This document shows positions 19,922 to 31,030 of a DNA stretch of 64,000 bases, piece by piece. Numbering within the stretch: the first letter of the stretch is position 1; each line of letters begins with the position of its first letter. The DNA is from an uncultured bacterium (GTDB taxonomy: Bacteria; Babelota; Babeliae; Babelales; JABCYS01), in NCBI GenBank assembly GCA_963705705.1, contig CAVPKK010000005.1, positions 160,001 to 224,000 of the forward strand, read 5' to 3'. A program made the translations under genes and the position numbers. Under the pieces are notes generated by a model that was not told the origin of the DNA, did no database searches, and saw nothing but the letters and a program-made list of their open reading frames with translations.

Positions 19922-21024
19922 CTCAAACTCTTTTGTCTATGGTTTGGCAAGCCGCCGGTGAATAATAATAGAAAATGTGCTCCGCCATATAATGAAACAT
20001 TATAATCAGCCACCACCGTTACAGGTATACTTTCGAGAAGAGAATGTTGTTTTCTGCAATTGAGAAATTCTTTTTTAAATTCTGGCAGTTGAAATAATGG
20101 AATATTTTTTGCTGCTATGCCGCCGGCGATAAACAGACCACCGAGCGCCAATGCATCCAGGGCAAAGTTCTTTGATGCGCGTGCGTAATAAACTGAATAT
20201 TGATGAAAAGTATCTATACAACGTTGATCTTTTTGCCAATATTCAAAAATGACATCCGGGTTATTTGCTTGTTCAATTTTATCCGTGTCAGCACTATTGG
20301 GATACGTCTTTCTTGTGGCGAGAAATTTGTACAAATAAATAATGCCAGCCCCCGAGAGCACGTCTTCCCATGAAATGGCTGCATCAGGCATTTTTAATAA
20401 CGTTCGAATGAAATCTGCATATGCCAGATCGAATTCATTTTGCACCGCGAAATCGCCATGCCCTCCTTCAGACGAAAGTATCAGACGACTGCTATGTTCT
20501 GTGTGGTATGCCATGATGCATTTCCCAAGGCCGGTACCCGCGCCAATGGCTGCTTTGCTTGCATTGTTTCGTGGTTGACCAGGCAAAATAGTAACCAGGC
20601 TTTTGGGTGGCATATATTGAATTCCAAAGCCTACCGCCTGAAAATCATTGATCATTACCATTGATTCTATGCCAGTTTTCTTTTTAATATCTGCAAGATC
20701 AATAATAAAATCGAGATTGGTTGGCTTGGCCCGGATATGATGAGTATCTAATACACCTGCTGCACCAAAACAAGCGCGAACTATTGTAATTCGATAGGCT
20801 ACTCGAAGCTGATCTACAAGTTGCGCGACTGTTTCGGCAAAATCCGTAATATCTTTGCTTGCAACATGCAGTGATAATAATAAAACCGGTGGGTAGGCAT
20901 CATCACGAAAAATGCCAAAATTTGCATTTGTTCCGCCAATATCGCCTATTAAATAGCAACGGCTATTCGGGCTAAAGGTATGGTAACGAACTTCGCGGAC
21001 GGTCATCTGCATTGTCTCATCCAT
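19918..21024 (-). CDS. glk: Glucokinase (E. coli type)
   Basis: GDIGGTNANFG, INDF, GAGTGLG, SEGGH, EDVLSGAG, IAGGIA. Confidence 0.93.
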   Translation of the reverse strand: MDETMQMTVREVRYHTFSPNSRCYLIGDIGGTNANFGIFRDDAYPPVLLLSLHVASKDITDFAETVAQLVDQLRVAYRITIVRACFGAAGVLDTHHIRAKPTNLDFIIDLADIKKKTGIESMVMINDFQAVGFGIQYMPPKSLVTILPGQPRNNASKAAIGAGTGLGKCIMAYHTEHSSRLILSSEGGHGDFAVQNEFDLAYADFIRTLLKMPDAAISWEDVLSGAGIIYLYKFLATRKTYPNSADTDKIEQANNPDVIFEYWQKDQRCIDTFHQYSVYYARASKNFALDALALGGLFIAGGIAAKNIPLFQLPEFKKEFLNCRKQHSLLESIPVTVVADYNVSLYGGAHFLLLFTGGLPNHRQKSLR

Positions 21025-21180
21025 AAAATTGTTAATCAGATATCAGGCATTGTTGCAATTCCAGATTGCCAATGCAAGAGCGTGCAAGTAATAACTTTTT
21101 TAATTAAAAGAGTCCAAACTATTGTGTTCCCAGATTCAAAAAAGCCATGCTCATGGATAAGTATAAAAAAAGGCTGACGC

Positions 21181-21909
21181 ATGGAACTATATATCTACCT
21201 TCTTTTTGCCGGATTGGTGTTCATCGCAAATATCATAGCTACTATTACCGGCTTTGGATTAGCTACAATTTTATTGCCGGCGTTAGCAATGGTTATTCCT
21301 GCGCAGGAAGCCTTATATTTTTCGGCAGTCATTCATTTTGCCAATGATGCTTATCAGGCATTTTTATTTCGACATGCAGCAGTCAGTTGGTATCTCATAT
21401 TCTCATTTGGTTTTCCAAGCATTTTAGCAACAATCCTTGGTGCCTATGGAGCTGTGAGCATAGCGCCTGAATATTACAGCCATATTCTTGGCTTTTGCAT
21501 TATTGCCTATGCATTATTCGTTTTCGTGAGGCCAAACTGGCATATACAACCAACAACGACCAACGCTGTTGTGGGCGGTGCAACTTCAGGATTTACGGGT
21601 GGGCTTTTCGGCCTCAGCGGGATTATTCGTTCGGCATTTATGGTGGTCTTTTTTGGCAGCAAAGAAGCTTATCTTTTGGCGGATGGACTTATCGCGGGTG
21701 TAACAGATTTTGCTCGATTGACTGTATACACCCTTAAGCTTCCACTCAACCATGCATTGCTCATTGCGATAGCCTTGTCAGTACCCATAGCTTTTTTAGG
21801 AACCTATATTGGTAAACAGCTTGTATCACGATTGAATGAGAAACAATTTAAACGAATCGTTGCCATTGCTCTGGTATTGATGGGCCTTAAGATGATTATC
21901 GGAGGCTAA
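21181..21909 (+). CDS. TSUP (TauE/SafE) family transporter
   Basis: ITGFGLATILLP and GFTGGLFGLSG internal repeats; multi-TM. Confidence 0.85.
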   Translation: MELYIYLLFAGLVFIANIIATITGFGLATILLPALAMVIPAQEALYFSAVIHFANDAYQAFLFRHAAVSWYLIFSFGFPSILATILGAYGAVSIAPEYYSHILGFCIIAYALFVFVRPNWHIQPTTTNAVVGGATSGFTGGLFGLSGIIRSAFMVVFFGSKEAYLLADGLIAGVTDFARLTVYTLKLPLNHALLIAIALSVPIAFLGTYIGKQLVSRLNEKQFKRIVAIALVLMGLKMIIGG

Positions 21910-21913
21910 TGGC

Positions 21914-24332
21914 ATGCAATACGTACGCCGGTTTAAAGATATCAACATGTCCGACATCGGCGAAGTAGGCGGCAAAAATGCCTCACTTGGCGAGATGATT
22001 CAGCAATTGAGTGGTAAAGGAATAACGATACCTGATGGGTTTGCCATTACCGCGGATGCCTACTGGTATGTGATTAAGGAGAATAATTTGCTGCCTAAGC
22101 TAAAAAAATTGCTTGGCAAATTACAAAAAATAAAACATGTTTTGCATGCTGACTTAGCTATTGTCAAAGAAGTCAGCGCGCACGCTAGATTACTCATTGA
22201 ACGAGCAACATTGCCTGATGATCTAGCAACTCAAATTATTACTGCCTATAAAAAATTATCAGCTGGACGAGAACAAAGTGTCGCCGTTCGTTCATCTGCT
22301 ACTGCCGAGGATTTACCAGGTGCTTCTTTCGCCGGCCAGCAAGAGACTTATTTGAATGTGGTGGGAAGCGCAGAATTATTACAGGCCGTGATCAAATGTA
22401 TGGCTTCCTTATTTACCGAACGTGCAATTATTTATCGTATTGATAAAGGATTTGACCATTTCAAAGTTGCTGTTTCAGTTGGTGTACAAATAATGGTTCG
22501 TTCCGATCTTGGTGTATCGGGCGTTTCATTTTCAATTGATACCGAAACAGGTTTTAAGGATGTAATTGTTATCGAAGCATCTTATGGCTTAGGTGAAACA
22601 ATTGTCCAAGGCGAGGTCATCCCAGATCAGTTTTACATCCATAAGCCAATGCTTGCCCAAGGTTATCGCCCTATTATTCGAAAAACATTGGGTAGTAAAG
22701 ATATCAGACGAATATATGCAAAAGAAGGAGCTAAGACAGTAAAGGTTCCTGAGGAAATTGCAGCATCAATTTTGCCTAATCGATGATGAAATTTTATTAC
22801 TTGCGCGTCATGTAGCACAAATCGAGAAGCACTATTCAAATCTTGAAGGCCGCTGGCAACCAATGGATGTTGAGTGGGCCAAAGATGGTAATACTGGAAC
22901 TATCTACATTATTCAGGCACGCCCAGAAACAGTTTTCGGTTCCCGCAAAGCTTCTTCATTTTTAGCACAAGAACGGCTTGTTGCGCCGGCGGGGGTGAAA
23001 GTAATAACTACCGGCGAGAGTATTGGCCAAAAAATTGCCAGTGGTACTGCGCGAATCATTTCATCACCACAGGACATGAATCAAATAAAACCCGGTGATA
23101 TTCTTATTACCCATATGACCAACCCCGATTGGGTTCCCGTTATGAAGATTGCTGCCGGCATTGTAACGACGAATGGCGGGCGAACCTGCCACGCTGCAAT
23201 TGTTTCTCGGGAGCTCGGTATTCCTGCTATTGTTGGTGCTGTAGATGCCATGAAAACTATAAAAACGGGTGACCAAATCACCATTGATTGTAGTAAGGGG
23301 CAAACCGGATATGTCTATCCAGGGCTTTTGGATATTAAAAAAACGAGAATTGATATAAAAAAATTAAAAAAATCCCCGGTCGAATTGTTGCTCAATATAG
23401 CCATACCCGATGAGGCATTCATGCTATCCAGTTTGCCGGTCGATGGGGTGGGGCTTGCGCGCATAGAATTCACAATTGCCGATACTATTGGCATTCACCC
23501 AATGGCTATTTTGCAACCGAATAAAATCAAGAACAAAAAAATAATACACGAGATGGAAGAACGCGCTCATGGATATTCATCACTGCGCGATTTTTATATC
23601 GATAAACTAGCACAAGGAATCGGCACCATAGCAGCTGCCTTTTATCCAAGGCCAGTGCTTGTTCGTTTCTCAGATTTTAAAACTGATGAATATCATAATC
23701 TGTTAGGGGGCAACTATTTTGAGCAGAAAGAAGAAAATCCTATGCTCGGCCTTCGTGGCGCCTCACGTTATTATAATGAAAAATTTGCTGAAGCTTTTGG
23801 CCTGGAATGCGCTGCGATAAATAAAGCACGTCTTGAAATGGGCTTAAAAAATATTAATGTCTTGATTCCTTTCGTTCGTACCATCGATGAAGCACACAAA
23901 GTGCTTGCTTTAATGACCGAGCATGGATTGAAGCGCAAAGTGCAAGGATTAAAAGTTTTTATGATGGTTGAGGTGCCTGCTGATGTTTTTTGGCTTGATC
24001 AGGCAAGTAAATTGTTCGATGGTTTTTCCATTGGTTCAAATGACCTTACCCAACTCACATTGGCAGTAGATCGCGATTCGCCAAGCTTGGCCCCGTTGTT
24101 TGACGAGCGAGCTCAGCCGGTGCAAGAAATGCTCAAGCTTGCCGTTTGCGCAGCACGAAAAAATAAAAAATATATTAGCATCTGTGGTCAAGCTCCGTCA
24201 GATTATCCTGAATTGGCCAATTACCTGATTTGTTTAGGAATCAGCGCCATATCCCTAAATGAGGACGCAATTTTGCCTTTTCTTAAAAGAGGTCACACCT
24301 GTAAAAAGAAAAACAAAACATCGTGTGAATAA
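21914..24332 (+). pseudogene. ppsA: Phosphoenolpyruvate synthase, split by a single-base frameshift at ~22754-22757
   Basis: VGGKNASLGEM and VRSSATAED in ORF 21914..22786; GGRTCHAAIVSRELG, EENPMLGLRGASRY and SIGSNDLTQ in ORF 22758..24332. Removing one base fuses them. Confidence 0.9.
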
Positions 24333-24436
24333 GCTTTTTTTGATATTTCAATACAAATTATGGTAGAAGAAATTAGTAATATTTTAAACTATTTAAGAGA
24401 TGAGAGTTTGTCGCATAGATTTATTACAAAAGGGTC

Positions 24437-24787
24437 ATGATGAATAGCCGCACAGCACAACAATTATTGCATTATACATACGGGCTTTTGCCAATAGTTG
24501 CCGGCCTGGATAAATTTTTCAATTACATTGTACATTGGGAAAAATACCTGAACCCTGCGATTCCTTCACATTTCCATACCACACCACTGATGGTAAACCA
24601 TGTTGTAGGAATCATCGAAATCTTGGCAGGATTATTGGTTCTATGGAAACCAAAAATAGGTGGCATTGTTGTTTCTCTTTGGCTGGTTCTAATTGCATTC
24701 GATTTAATCTCGATGCGTTTCTATGATATTGCCATTCGCGATCTTGCTATGGCCGTTGGTGCGTATGCGTTAGCACTGCTTTCATAA
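24437..24787 (+). CDS. DoxX-like small membrane protein
   Basis: PIVAGLDKF...WEKYL...GIIEILAG...YDIAIRD. Confidence 0.75.
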   Translation: MMNSRTAQQLLHYTYGLLPIVAGLDKFFNYIVHWEKYLNPAIPSHFHTTPLMVNHVVGIIEILAGLLVLWKPKIGGIVVSLWLVLIAFDLISMRFYDIAIRDLAMAVGAYALALLS

Positions 24788-24818
24788 ATAATTAGCAGTT
24801 AAACACATGTTAATGATG

Positions 24819-25325
24819 CTATTGGACTAGCATAATCCCGGCCATTCCTGCCATGAGTAGATCTTCAATAAGCGTCACATAGGTCATAGGGATTTTAAAA
24901 ACGGTTCCAAGGCAGGCGCATTGAATTGATTCTTTCTTCGATAATGCATATGCAACGCCCGCTGCACTGATAAGCATAATGATACAGGTCAGGACATTCA
25001 CAAACATGAGATGCCAGCGAGCCAGGTATAAAACCCCCAGCCCTAATTCAACAAATGGATATGCATGCGCATAAAGTTTGCTTCTTTGCGCAATCTGATC
25101 ATACATGGAATATGCTTCAGCAAATGCGCTTAGATGCCAGATTTTAAAGCTGCCAAAGATTATAAAAAAGAAGCCCATGAAATCACGCATAAATTCATGT
25201 GTATTCCAAGCATGTAAACCAATTGGCCTAATACTGGAAAACAGCACAACAATCGAAACAATTAGTATCAGCGGCAAAAAGCTTTTAAAAGAATACTCGT
25301 CACCATGCGAATGTTCGTTTTTCAT
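24819..25325 (-). CDS. MauE/DoxX family redox-associated membrane protein
   Basis: FAEAYSMYD, YPFVELGLG, IQCACLGT, IEDLLM. Confidence 0.8.
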   Translation of the reverse strand: MKNEHSHGDEYSFKSFLPLILIVSIVVLFSSIRPIGLHAWNTHEFMRDFMGFFFIIFGSFKIWHLSAFAEAYSMYDQIAQRSKLYAHAYPFVELGLGVLYLARWHLMFVNVLTCIIMLISAAGVAYALSKKESIQCACLGTVFKIPMTYVTLIEDLLMAGMAGIMLVQ

Positions 25326-25328
25326 TTT

Positions 25329-26018
25329 TTATTCCGCATGCGGCGTGTATTGGGCAATTTCGTAAATTCCCAGCTTTCGTTCCATTTCCGCTACTCTATT
25401 GACCATCTTTTCATATGCATGCTTGCCAAATTTCTCATTCTCAGTGTCTTCGAAAATATCAGTTAAGCGATTATATTCCTCTGCCGTTACTTGCGCTCGC
25501 ACCGCCGGGAAAAGTTCTGTATCTTCGCGGTTTTCATGCGGTCTATACATACCAACAAACCCTTTAAGGTCAGCTGCTAATTTTTGTATATTTTCAGAAT
25601 TATTATCAGTGCGGGCTATCCCTGCTCGATGAATGATCATGTAGGTGACTTTGCCACCAGCAGCATGTTGTTCCCGGAGCACCTGAGTTAGTTGAGCTAG
25701 GGGCAAACCTTTCTTTTCGAAAATGGTAAACAAATGTTTTTCTTCAAGTTTCTCATGATACTCATGGATGAAATCGCGGACAATGATTGCTGCATCAATA
25801 ACTAATTGATAATCGACTTTCTCTTTTTTCGAAATCTGATCTTCAACTTTTTCATAAATTCTAAGCACGCGATTCAGAATGCCATGTTCGCGCATAAGAT
25901 CTTCTGTGCATGGCACTTCTTGCCAGCAAGTTTTAAGTTCAACCCGCTTGTAATACAACACGCCAAGCGTAAGAGAAGAAGCCAATAAAACAGCAATAAT
26001 CAATGGTGATGCATTCAT
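25329..26018 (-). CDS. Membrane-anchored hemerythrin/HHE domain protein
   Basis: EDLMREHGILNR, YHEKLEE, EQH, YRPHENREDTELFP. Confidence 0.85.
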   Translation of the reverse strand: MNASPLIIAVLLASSLTLGVLYYKRVELKTCWQEVPCTEDLMREHGILNRVLRIYEKVEDQISKKEKVDYQLVIDAAIIVRDFIHEYHEKLEEKHLFTIFEKKGLPLAQLTQVLREQHAAGGKVTYMIIHRAGIARTDNNSENIQKLAADLKGFVGMYRPHENREDTELFPAVRAQVTAEEYNRLTDIFEDTENEKFGKHAYEKMVNRVAEMERKLGIYEIAQYTPHAE

Positions 26019-26036
26019 CGAAATCTCCCTTTTGGG

Positions 26037-27485
26037 TTAGAAAAAATAATACCAAGCCGCCAGAAATCTAAAATTATCAACCGGGTGGGCATCGAATACT
26101 TTTGCTTTTGGTCCTACATGACCATACATAGCGCGCATATATTCCGCTTCTATGCCAAGCCAAAAATTCTTAAAGCGAACAACAACGCGCGGGGCAAGAC
26201 GCACTAGCCAATCAATAAAAATATCGGCCTTGCATTCATAGCCGCCAAAGACAACATCTTTGTATGAATGGAAATCAAATTGCCGAAATTCTGCAGGGTG
26301 GACAAGCGAATGGAGAGAGCCAAGGTTTTTGCCAAAACCTAAAAACAATCCTGGATCCCACCATACACCTTTGCCGAAATTAGTTGTATCCAAAACCGCG
26401 GGGTCAGATGATGTTTTTTCGATTGGATAGACTTCTGCCGGCGTTGGATCTGTACGGTGGATATCAAGCCAACAATTGATGGATTGAACTGGGGTATACG
26501 ACCGTTCGTCGGTGCAGGGATTAATATGCTTAATGGCATATGCGCCAAGCAAACCTTCGGCAGAGACATTTTGCCCATAAATAAGCTTCATGGTTGCGGT
26601 GACAGGTTTTTGATTGATTTGGAGCAACCAGAATGCCATTACCCCAGTCACTAATTCATGAACTTTAAAACACAGTTCACTTTCCAACCGTGGTTTTACG
26701 GTACGCACTTGTACTGCACCAATCATAAAGTGATCTTTCATTTTTTGACGCAGTTGCGCATAAATAAGTGGGATTTTTGCGTTGCGCAAGTATATGTTGC
26801 TTATTTTGGGAGGTCCGATGGGCGAACAGCCAACGCTGGAAAATTCATTAGCTTCTGACATTGCGCACAACATTAAGGAGGTCGAATGTAAAAAAAATTC
26901 CGCCCGCAATTGAGGCACTAATAAGAATGGTTCGAATGGTGATCCGGCGCTAAAAGCTACTGTTCTGGGAAAAGCATCAAGCACGAATGAAGGGCCAATT
27001 GCTTGTCCAATCTTGAAGGCCACGGTTGGCTTAGAATCCTCATCTTTCCATATGACATCCATGAAAGCGCCATATATCCGAGGGCTATTAATAACTCTAT
27101 TATCCGCGCCTGAAAAGTTCGCATCAAATTCGCCAGATACCCAGGGCCCGCATCCATGGCCTAATTGGACCGGTCGCGTTTGTAATGAGAGAAATGATTC
27201 AATAGCAAGGAAATTAAAATCGCCCACTGCGTTGATGTCGTGGTCATGTTTATCAGGGTCGCGATTCTTTGGAAATGCAAGATCATCGCCATCCCGGATT
27301 GCAACCACTTGGCGCGAATCCCAAAAAGCCGCATGCTTTACATTGCCCGTGAAATTAAAAAACTTACCAGGCGCCCACGGGATTTCGGCTATGGGGCCGG
27401 GAATATATTCAGCATTTAGCAGTGAGCATGAAGCTACGCAAATGAAAATATTCCTGAAAATGCGCATCGTTTTTTGCCAAGGCAC
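26037..27485 (-). CDS. DcaP-like outer membrane porin
   Basis: Signal peptide, FWDSRQVV, GSPFEPF..PQLR, amphipathic beta-strands, aromatic C-terminus WYYFF. Confidence 0.65.
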   Translation of the reverse strand: MPWQKTMRIFRNIFICVASCSLLNAEYIPGPIAEIPWAPGKFFNFTGNVKHAAFWDSRQVVAIRDGDDLAFPKNRDPDKHDHDINAVGDFNFLAIESFLSLQTRPVQLGHGCGPWVSGEFDANFSGADNRVINSPRIYGAFMDVIWKDEDSKPTVAFKIGQAIGPSFVLDAFPRTVAFSAGSPFEPFLLVPQLRAEFFLHSTSLMLCAMSEANEFSSVGCSPIGPPKISNIYLRNAKIPLIYAQLRQKMKDHFMIGAVQVRTVKPRLESELCFKVHELVTGVMAFWLLQINQKPVTATMKLIYGQNVSAEGLLGAYAIKHINPCTDERSYTPVQSINCWLDIHRTDPTPAEVYPIEKTSSDPAVLDTTNFGKGVWWDPGLFLGFGKNLGSLHSLVHPAEFRQFDFHSYKDVVFGGYECKADIFIDWLVRLAPRVVVRFKNFWLGIEAEYMRAMYGHVGPKAKVFDAHPVDNFRFLAAWYYFF

Positions 27486-27495
27486 TCAAAGTGCA

Positions 27496-29298
27496 TTATT
27501 TATAATATCCGGACCCGACCATAAACCACTCTTTCCCTTTTTCAACCTTTTCTATATAGACCATTTTCGTGGTATTGCGCGATTTGTATTGTATCCAACC
27601 TTTTCCATCTTCTCTGATGGTGGTCATAAAGGTATCAAAAACTGGTTTGCCAGCAGAATCTTTGTAATTTTTGAAATTTCTAAAAATAAGATCGTAATCC
27701 CATCCATAAGCCAAACAATCACCGAGTGGATTGAATACAAAAACTTCTAAATCTCCCTTAATAAAGGAACTTTTTTCGCTGCCAAATTCACGGAACGCTT
27801 CATGGTTTGGATGCGATCGTAAATATTCAGCTGCTCGTTTGACCAAGCGAAGTGTGCGTTCGCGTGCGCCGTATGGATAATAGCCACAGCCAATAACGTA
27901 GCTTCCTTGTTTATCCGTTACTTTCTCAACGTAGGAAACCTTCCATCCACCTTTGGAATCGTGCTCAATCCATCCGCCGCCTGCTTTGGCCTTAGCGATG
28001 ATTTCCCGCATAACATACTCACCAGTTATTGAGCGATCCTGAAATTGATTTTCGCCAACCCGATTTGGATCTTCGCCGTCTGCTAAAACCTTGCCATTAA
28101 ATGAATACATGAATACGGTAAGGTCACCAATATGAAAGTCTGGATTGTAATTAAAACGATCTATAACAGTGCGTCGGCCGCGCGCATTAAAATCTTTTAC
28201 TGCTCGTTTCACGATAGAAACTACTAATTCTGTATTATCGTTAGGATAATAACTACAACTAATGACGAATTTGTTACCATCTTTATCAGCAACCTGTTGC
28301 ACATAGGTTTCTTTCTTAGAACCCTGCATTTGATATGAAACCCAATGTTTACCGTCAGCTGCTGCCTTGAGCATTTCTCTGACAATAAATTTGCCTTCAT
28401 CATCCTTCATATCAAGAAAATTGCGACCAACAAAATCGGTATTATCGCCGTGAGCTACGCAATAACCTTTCATATCGTAGGCAACAATGTATAGATTCCC
28501 TTTTACAAACTTACCAACCTTATTATCGAACTCGCTAAAGGCATCCTCGCGACCATGCTTCTGAAATTCGGCAACGGCTGAGGCGATAAGGGCTTCAACT
28601 TCCGTTTTCTTCGTGCTTGGGTAGAAACCGCCGGCGATTACATATTGTTTGCCATTTTTTTCGATTAACTCTGCGTAGGTGGATTTGTAATGTCCTTTCC
28701 AGGCATAGTTAATCCAGCCTCCGCCCTGTTTTGCAGTATCAATAATGAGTTGGGTAACCTTAACTCCTTCATCATTTTCTTGATTCCAAACACTCGACCA
28801 GGTTTCAGCCGGATTGGAATGGGCATACACTAAACCATTGGTATCAATTACCAGCAATTCAGTTTCACCAAGCACAAATTGACGATCGTAAAGGATGGCT
28901 TTGAATGCTTCTTCTTCGCGATGAGTGAGCAGATAGTTTATGGCAGATTTTACCAACTTTATGATGGCGGTACGTTTTGCGTCGTAATCAACATGCAACT
29001 CTTTGAAATCTGCTAAAAATTCATGGGAAGAAATGTCGGCAGCTGTCGGCGCTGGTACTATTGGCGGTGCCTCTTCGCGCAAAGACTTCTCAGCTTTTTC
29101 TCTAGCGGCAAGCGCTTTTTGTTGGCGTAATTGTTGCGGCGTGCTAACCGGGACAGTTGCTTGCGTTACTTGTTCAGCAGTAACCTCAGGCACAGGTTCA
29201 AGATTTTCACTTCTAAGATCTGAAGATGGCGGTTGTGCCACTAAGGTAAATAGGCAAATAGGTAGTGCGAATAGGAATATATATCGTTGTAGCTTCAT
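27496..29298 (-). CDS. Secreted protein with four tandem single Cache_2 domains and no output domain
   Basis: Four ~120-aa repeats with G.W..Y...K..Y.E.V...YVI..GYY patterns; signal peptide; ends GSGYYK with no TM or signalling domain. Confidence 0.85.
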   Translation of the reverse strand: MKLQRYIFLFALPICLFTLVAQPPSSDLRSENLEPVPEVTAEQVTQATVPVSTPQQLRQQKALAAREKAEKSLREEAPPIVPAPTAADISSHEFLADFKELHVDYDAKRTAIIKLVKSAINYLLTHREEEAFKAILYDRQFVLGETELLVIDTNGLVYAHSNPAETWSSVWNQENDEGVKVTQLIIDTAKQGGGWINYAWKGHYKSTYAELIEKNGKQYVIAGGFYPSTKKTEVEALIASAVAEFQKHGREDAFSEFDNKVGKFVKGNLYIVAYDMKGYCVAHGDNTDFVGRNFLDMKDDEGKFIVREMLKAAADGKHWVSYQMQGSKKETYVQQVADKDGNKFVISCSYYPNDNTELVVSIVKRAVKDFNARGRRTVIDRFNYNPDFHIGDLTVFMYSFNGKVLADGEDPNRVGENQFQDRSITGEYVMREIIAKAKAGGGWIEHDSKGGWKVSYVEKVTDKQGSYVIGCGYYPYGARERTLRLVKRAAEYLRSHPNHEAFREFGSEKSSFIKGDLEVFVFNPLGDCLAYGWDYDLIFRNFKNYKDSAGKPVFDTFMTTIREDGKGWIQYKSRNTTKMVYIEKVEKGKEWFMVGSGYYK

Positions 29299-29324
29299 AA
29301 CAAATCTCCTTGGAATAAAAATCT

Positions 29325-30014
29325 TTATTCTTGGCGGCGTTGGCCAGTAAAGCTCAGTAAATAGAGGAACAAGTTGATGAAATCAAGATAGAGTGTAAGG
29401 GCGCCGATAACGGCGATTTTTTTCGAGGTCTCTTCATCTACAATTGCGTAACTTAAAGCTTTAATCTTTTGTACATCATAGGCGGTCAATAAACAAAAAA
29501 TCACTACACCAATGCCAGACATTACCAGATTAAACATCGGATTTCGTAAGAAAATATTTACTATTCCAGCAATGATTAAGCCAACTAACGCCATGAGTAA
29601 TAGATTGCCCATACCGCTCAGGTCGGATTTGGTGAAATAACCATACAATGCCATTGTGCCAAACATGCCCGCCGTTATAGCGAAGGTAAGGGCAAGAGAA
29701 CCAAGTTGGAAAACGACGAATAATGAGGAGAATGTTATTCCTGTCAGCAGTGAATACATGATAAACATGGCAAGAGCAGTGCTCGCTCGCATTCTATTTA
29801 CCATTGCGCTGAGCCCAATCACGAGTCCAAGTTGTGCAAACAAGAGAACGTAAAAAACCCACGTGTGGCTCACCAAATAAGTCATTATGCTTGGCGATGT
29901 TGCCACGGCAAATGCGGTGACTGCGCTGAGTAATAATGCCCCGCACATGAGACCGTAGACACGAGGGAGTAAGTTTGTTCGTGCAAAATGCACTGAAGTA
30001 TCGTGATATGCCAT
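29325..30014 (-). CDS. Bax inhibitor-1/YccA family membrane protein
   Basis: YGYFTKSDLS, LTAYDVQKIK, ALTLYLDFINLF. Confidence 0.93.
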   Translation of the reverse strand: MAYHDTSVHFARTNLLPRVYGLMCGALLLSAVTAFAVATSPSIMTYLVSHTWVFYVLLFAQLGLVIGLSAMVNRMRASTALAMFIMYSLLTGITFSSLFVVFQLGSLALTFAITAGMFGTMALYGYFTKSDLSGMGNLLLMALVGLIIAGIVNIFLRNPMFNLVMSGIGVVIFCLLTAYDVQKIKALSYAIVDEETSKKIAVIGALTLYLDFINLFLYLLSFTGQRRQE

Positions 30015-30060
30015 TGTATTTCTCCGCGAGTTAAAATCTTTGCAAAGTCACCAAAATTTT

Positions 30061-30097
30061 GCGAAGCGAGTCAGAAATTTTTTCCAGCGAGCGCAGC
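30061..30097 (+). repeat. Family-B element (GCGAAGCGAGTC-spacer-AGCGAGCGCAGC), intergenic
   Basis: Both 12-mers are identical to those in the fcl insertion (50725-50765). Confidence 0.75.
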
Positions 30098-30322
30098 GCG
30101 AGATGGGTGACGACAGTCACCACTTCTAACATAGATTTTTGCTCTACGCAAGAGAAATTGAAAAGTGCCAACGCCATCTCTTGCGCTTTATGCAACCTAT
30201 GCGGTAAAGATAAATAGGAGATAAATTGTTATAAATGGTCGTTTGTTTTTACCCAAGCTTAGATGCGTAACAGCTTCTAGCTTAGAAAACATGGTCGGAA
30301 ACGATCAGTTTAGGAGATATTC

Positions 30323-31018
30323 ATGCAACGTTCGTCACTCTTAATTTTATTAAGCGCCGGCTCAATCTTTGCAGGTTCATGGCAAGATTCTGCAAGCCAA
30401 GGTGAAAAGCAAAAGGTCAATTTTTGCGGCCTTTTGCGTTCTACCGGCAACCCAACAGAGGCAATTAAAATTGAGAATGTTGGTATGCCATCGTATAAAC
30501 GAATTCAGGTATATGAAAAACCGGCTGATCCTACTGATCCATGTGTTGACCCACATAAAAGTTCAGCCGAGCTTAATTTTAAAGACATCGCCATGATCAA
30601 GCAGGTGGCAGCACCGGTAATTGTACAAAAGGAACGAGACCGAAATGATACAGGTTGTAATAAACCATATACCTTTAAGGGCCGCAAATATGTGGAAATT
30701 GAAGTAAAATTTAATGATATGGTGACTACAAAAAGCTTTTTAGTTGAAGATACGCGCCGTATTGTGTACGATGAAATTGTTGATGGCTTTTTGGTAAAGC
30801 ATAAAATTAACATCGGCGCTCTGGATTCTCTTGAAATTAAAGGATCTTATGAGACCAATGAGGGTGAGACCGATAAAGAGATCCCTGGTGCCCGCTGCAC
30901 AATGATTATTAGCGGACAAAAACCAGAGCCAGTGGTAGCAAATCCAAAGCTACCGAAAACAACAAAAGAATCTGAGCTTAAAACTATCAAAATCCCGGTA
31001 ACCAATTCTGGTAAATAG
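30323..31018 (+). CDS. Hypothetical secreted protein
   Basis: AGGAG RBS, signal peptide ending IFA-G, 231 aa. Confidence 0.75.
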   Translation: MQRSSLLILLSAGSIFAGSWQDSASQGEKQKVNFCGLLRSTGNPTEAIKIENVGMPSYKRIQVYEKPADPTDPCVDPHKSSAELNFKDIAMIKQVAAPVIVQKERDRNDTGCNKPYTFKGRKYVEIEVKFNDMVTTKSFLVEDTRRIVYDEIVDGFLVKHKINIGALDSLEIKGSYETNEGETDKEIPGARCTMIISGQKPEPVVANPKLPKTTKESELKTIKIPVTNSGK

Positions 31019-31030
31019 AGGAAAAACATC

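Noticed and set aside
27013..27750. 245-aa plus-strand ORF
   Set aside because: Antisense shadow of the porin and Cache genes.
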